Below are positions 61,367 through 63,664 of a DNA stretch of 63,664 bases, one piece after another; within the stretch, counting starts at the first letter, position 1; each line of letters begins with the position of its first letter. The translations under genes were made by a program, and so were the position numbers. The DNA lies in contig OZ286459.1 of the NCBI GenBank assembly GCA_965644265.1, positions 124,186,001-124,249,664 of the forward strand, read 5' to 3'. Under the pieces are notes generated by a model. That model had not been told where the DNA came from, made no database searches, and saw only the letters and a program-made list of their open reading frames with translations. This stretch comes from Glycera tridactyla (lineage: Eukaryota).

Positions 61367-61981
61367 AAAATAAGGATATCCGGCGTAGTCAATATATTCA
61401 GGGCTAGCACAGTACCATCACCGCGCGATATTATTCACATGGATGATTGCATCGAAAGATGTTTGACAACTTGCCAGCGGCAACATTTTAGTTCGGTAAT
61501 TCAACGCTGAAGACATAATGTAATGTAACATGAATCTAAGAAGACTACATTTATGACTCGACATCCATTATCAATGATAGATGCAGTGATGAAAAATGTG
61601 CAGAACTGATAACTAGGGACACAAAGGGAAAATGTTATGTCGCCTGTATACATCACTCACACTAACCCTGTACAGATCAGAAAGGTTGTCAAGTGGAAGT
61701 AGCTGGCTCTTGGTTCAGAAAAGAGANNNNNNNNNNNNNNNNNNNNNNNNNNNNNNNNNNNNNNNNNNNNNNNNNNNNNNNNNNNNNNNNNNNNNNNNNN
61801 NNNNNNNNNNNNNNNNNNNNNNNNNNNNNNNNNNNNNNNNNNNNNNNNNNNNNNNNNNNNNNNNNNNNNNNNNNNNNNNNNNNNNNNNNNNNNNNNNNNN
61901 NNNNNNNNNNNNNNNNNNNNNNNNNNNNNNNNNNNNNNNNNNNNNNNNNNNNNNNNNNNNNNNNNNNNNNNNNAAAATAGA

Positions 61982-61983
<2 letters not shown>

Positions 61984-62059
<76 letters not shown>
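61984..62059. repeat. (TG)n microsatellite next to an assembly gap
   Basis: Pure TG run. Confidence 0.97.
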
Positions 62060-62068
<9 letters not shown>

Positions 62069-63664
62069 TGCGTGCATGCGCGTGTGTCTATTCTCCATCA
62101 GAGTCTGGTGAGGATCGACTCTGTCCATACTATGTATTTTTGATATCGCCATCATCATCTGGTAGCGTATTACTGGAATGAATTAGCTCAGGACTGGCGA
62201 AGATTTATGTTCTTTTATGTATCCGACAAAATGAGCCATAAATGGAATTTCGCGATCTCATGAAGATTAGGCTCTCATAAAATAGATGGCAACCCATCAG
62301 GCATGCGTGTCGGTGAAAAAACAATTAAAAGCACGAGCAGAGTGTCATGCCAATTGTGAGAGCCTTATTTCATCTTCATCAAAGGTGGATGATCAAATAA
62401 GGTGTAATTAGAGTATTGACTTTTCGAATTAACACGTAATGTGCAGCGGCAGAGGGCGCTGAGTGGAGGTTATCGGAGCCAAATCATATTTTTCTCATTT
62501 CTTCAGACACCCAGTAGGAGCATATCCGAAGGATAGCCCTGCAGTCGAGCCATATTCCTATTCCCTTGAGAGGGAAATGATACTAAAAAGTCATTAATCA
62601 TGCACCATCACTCATCAAATAATATCGAAATCTCATCTACCATCATTTCTATCTCCATACGTTATAAATTGAGACGAATAGAATACAACAAGTTGTTCAG
62701 TTAGATCATCAAGTTCGCCTATCACTTCGGCTGTACCACTTGCCCTGGATAACTCTGAGTAACACAAAGCAGTATGATCATTCCATACTTCGAGTAATTT
62801 CAAACCTAATCACCTTGATGTCAAGAATGTTTCCCATTAGTTACCGCAGTTATGATTTCCTGTGACTACTCAAGTTGATCGGGGAACGTTTTTTGAGATA
62901 TTTCTGTTTTCTGGTGTGATTTCTGTATGGTCCTGAAAATGAATATAGGATCACACCACCGATTAACACATTCTAGATTCTGTATCTCTTACAGATAATT
63001 TGGCTGAGACTGGGTACATATTAGGGCTTGTTGCTCGGTCAGATGATGAGATTGAAAATCGTAGGCTTGAGGTACTTTACTGGTTGATATGTGGTTCGAC
63101 ATATCTTAACATCTTCAACCGAGCTCAAAATTCTGCCTTAAGAATCCCTTGTGGAGCTTGGGCCCATTGGGAATTTCAAGAAAGTTTAGAATATGTATGA
63201 CGTCTGTCCAGATATGACCAACCACGCTGACACCTAAGTAGATGTAGGGAGAATGTTAAGTGGTTCCACCCGATCAAAGCTGAACAGCATGACTGAGAAG
63301 TGTATGTCATATGGGTATAGGTTTCGATGTCATATGGGTATAGGTGTCTCAAAATCGACTTTTCGACATTGTATCAAATCATATATTTCCATTCCAGCTG
63401 GAATTCCGCACATACGGTTTCCGGGACCAGTTGCTATGATACAAGATTTGTTTGAATCGTTCCCTGGAGTCGTAAAGTCACAGGATGTGTGTGGAGAGTA
63501 GGCGATGATAGATGGATGTGAGGTCGGGTGCCGCGAATGAGCGATAATGGGAGTTGTTATGATCTATTGACCATCTGGTGAGAGACGTCTGCCAACAATC
63601 GATACCAATCAAAATCTCCTAATTTCCACCATGCTCGCTAGATGGAGAATCATTGGTTTGTTTC

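Larger units (their letters stand above)
2742..61973. other. Twelve N-runs (assembly gaps or masked tracts); the span given is first to last, not one feature
   Basis: 2742-2881, 6582-6760, 11098-11415, 12368-12500, 16568-16855, 17364-17597, 30357-30489, 32838-33020, 35835-36125, 36256-36488, 45575-45720, 61727-61973. Many are flanked by simple repeats. Confidence 0.98.

Noticed and set aside
62995-63072. Possible short exon after the acceptor-like TATCTCTTACAG
   Set aside because: Weak donor (GTACTT) and the peptide has no recognisable domain.

Overview
Repeat-rich eukaryotic genomic DNA from a gapped scaffold (12 N-runs), probably a lophotrochozoan invertebrate such as an annelid (inferred from the type of lectin-like exon). 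Most of the window is non-coding: micro- and minisatellites and decayed transposon fragments. Three protein-coding signals are well supported. (1) A nearly intact CR1/L2-group LINE on the minus strand (APE endonuclease + RT, 21116-24106). (2) A divergently oriented Neptune-like Penelope-like element (PLE) on the plus strand (about 26201-30356) with an upstream basic ORF, an RT and a GIY-YIG endonuclease, broken at two +1 junctions. (3) One phase 1-1 exon encoding a SUEL/lectin-like Cys-rich domain (56123-56404). The most notable observation is a complete type I hammerhead ribozyme at the PLE 3' end whose stem III loop is replaced by a structured insert of about 190 nt. The core is at 30094-30132 and the GUC cleavage strand at 30323-30340, and a competing non-cleavable decoy pairing lies inside the insert. 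All pairings and motifs were read by eye; no database search or folding program was run.
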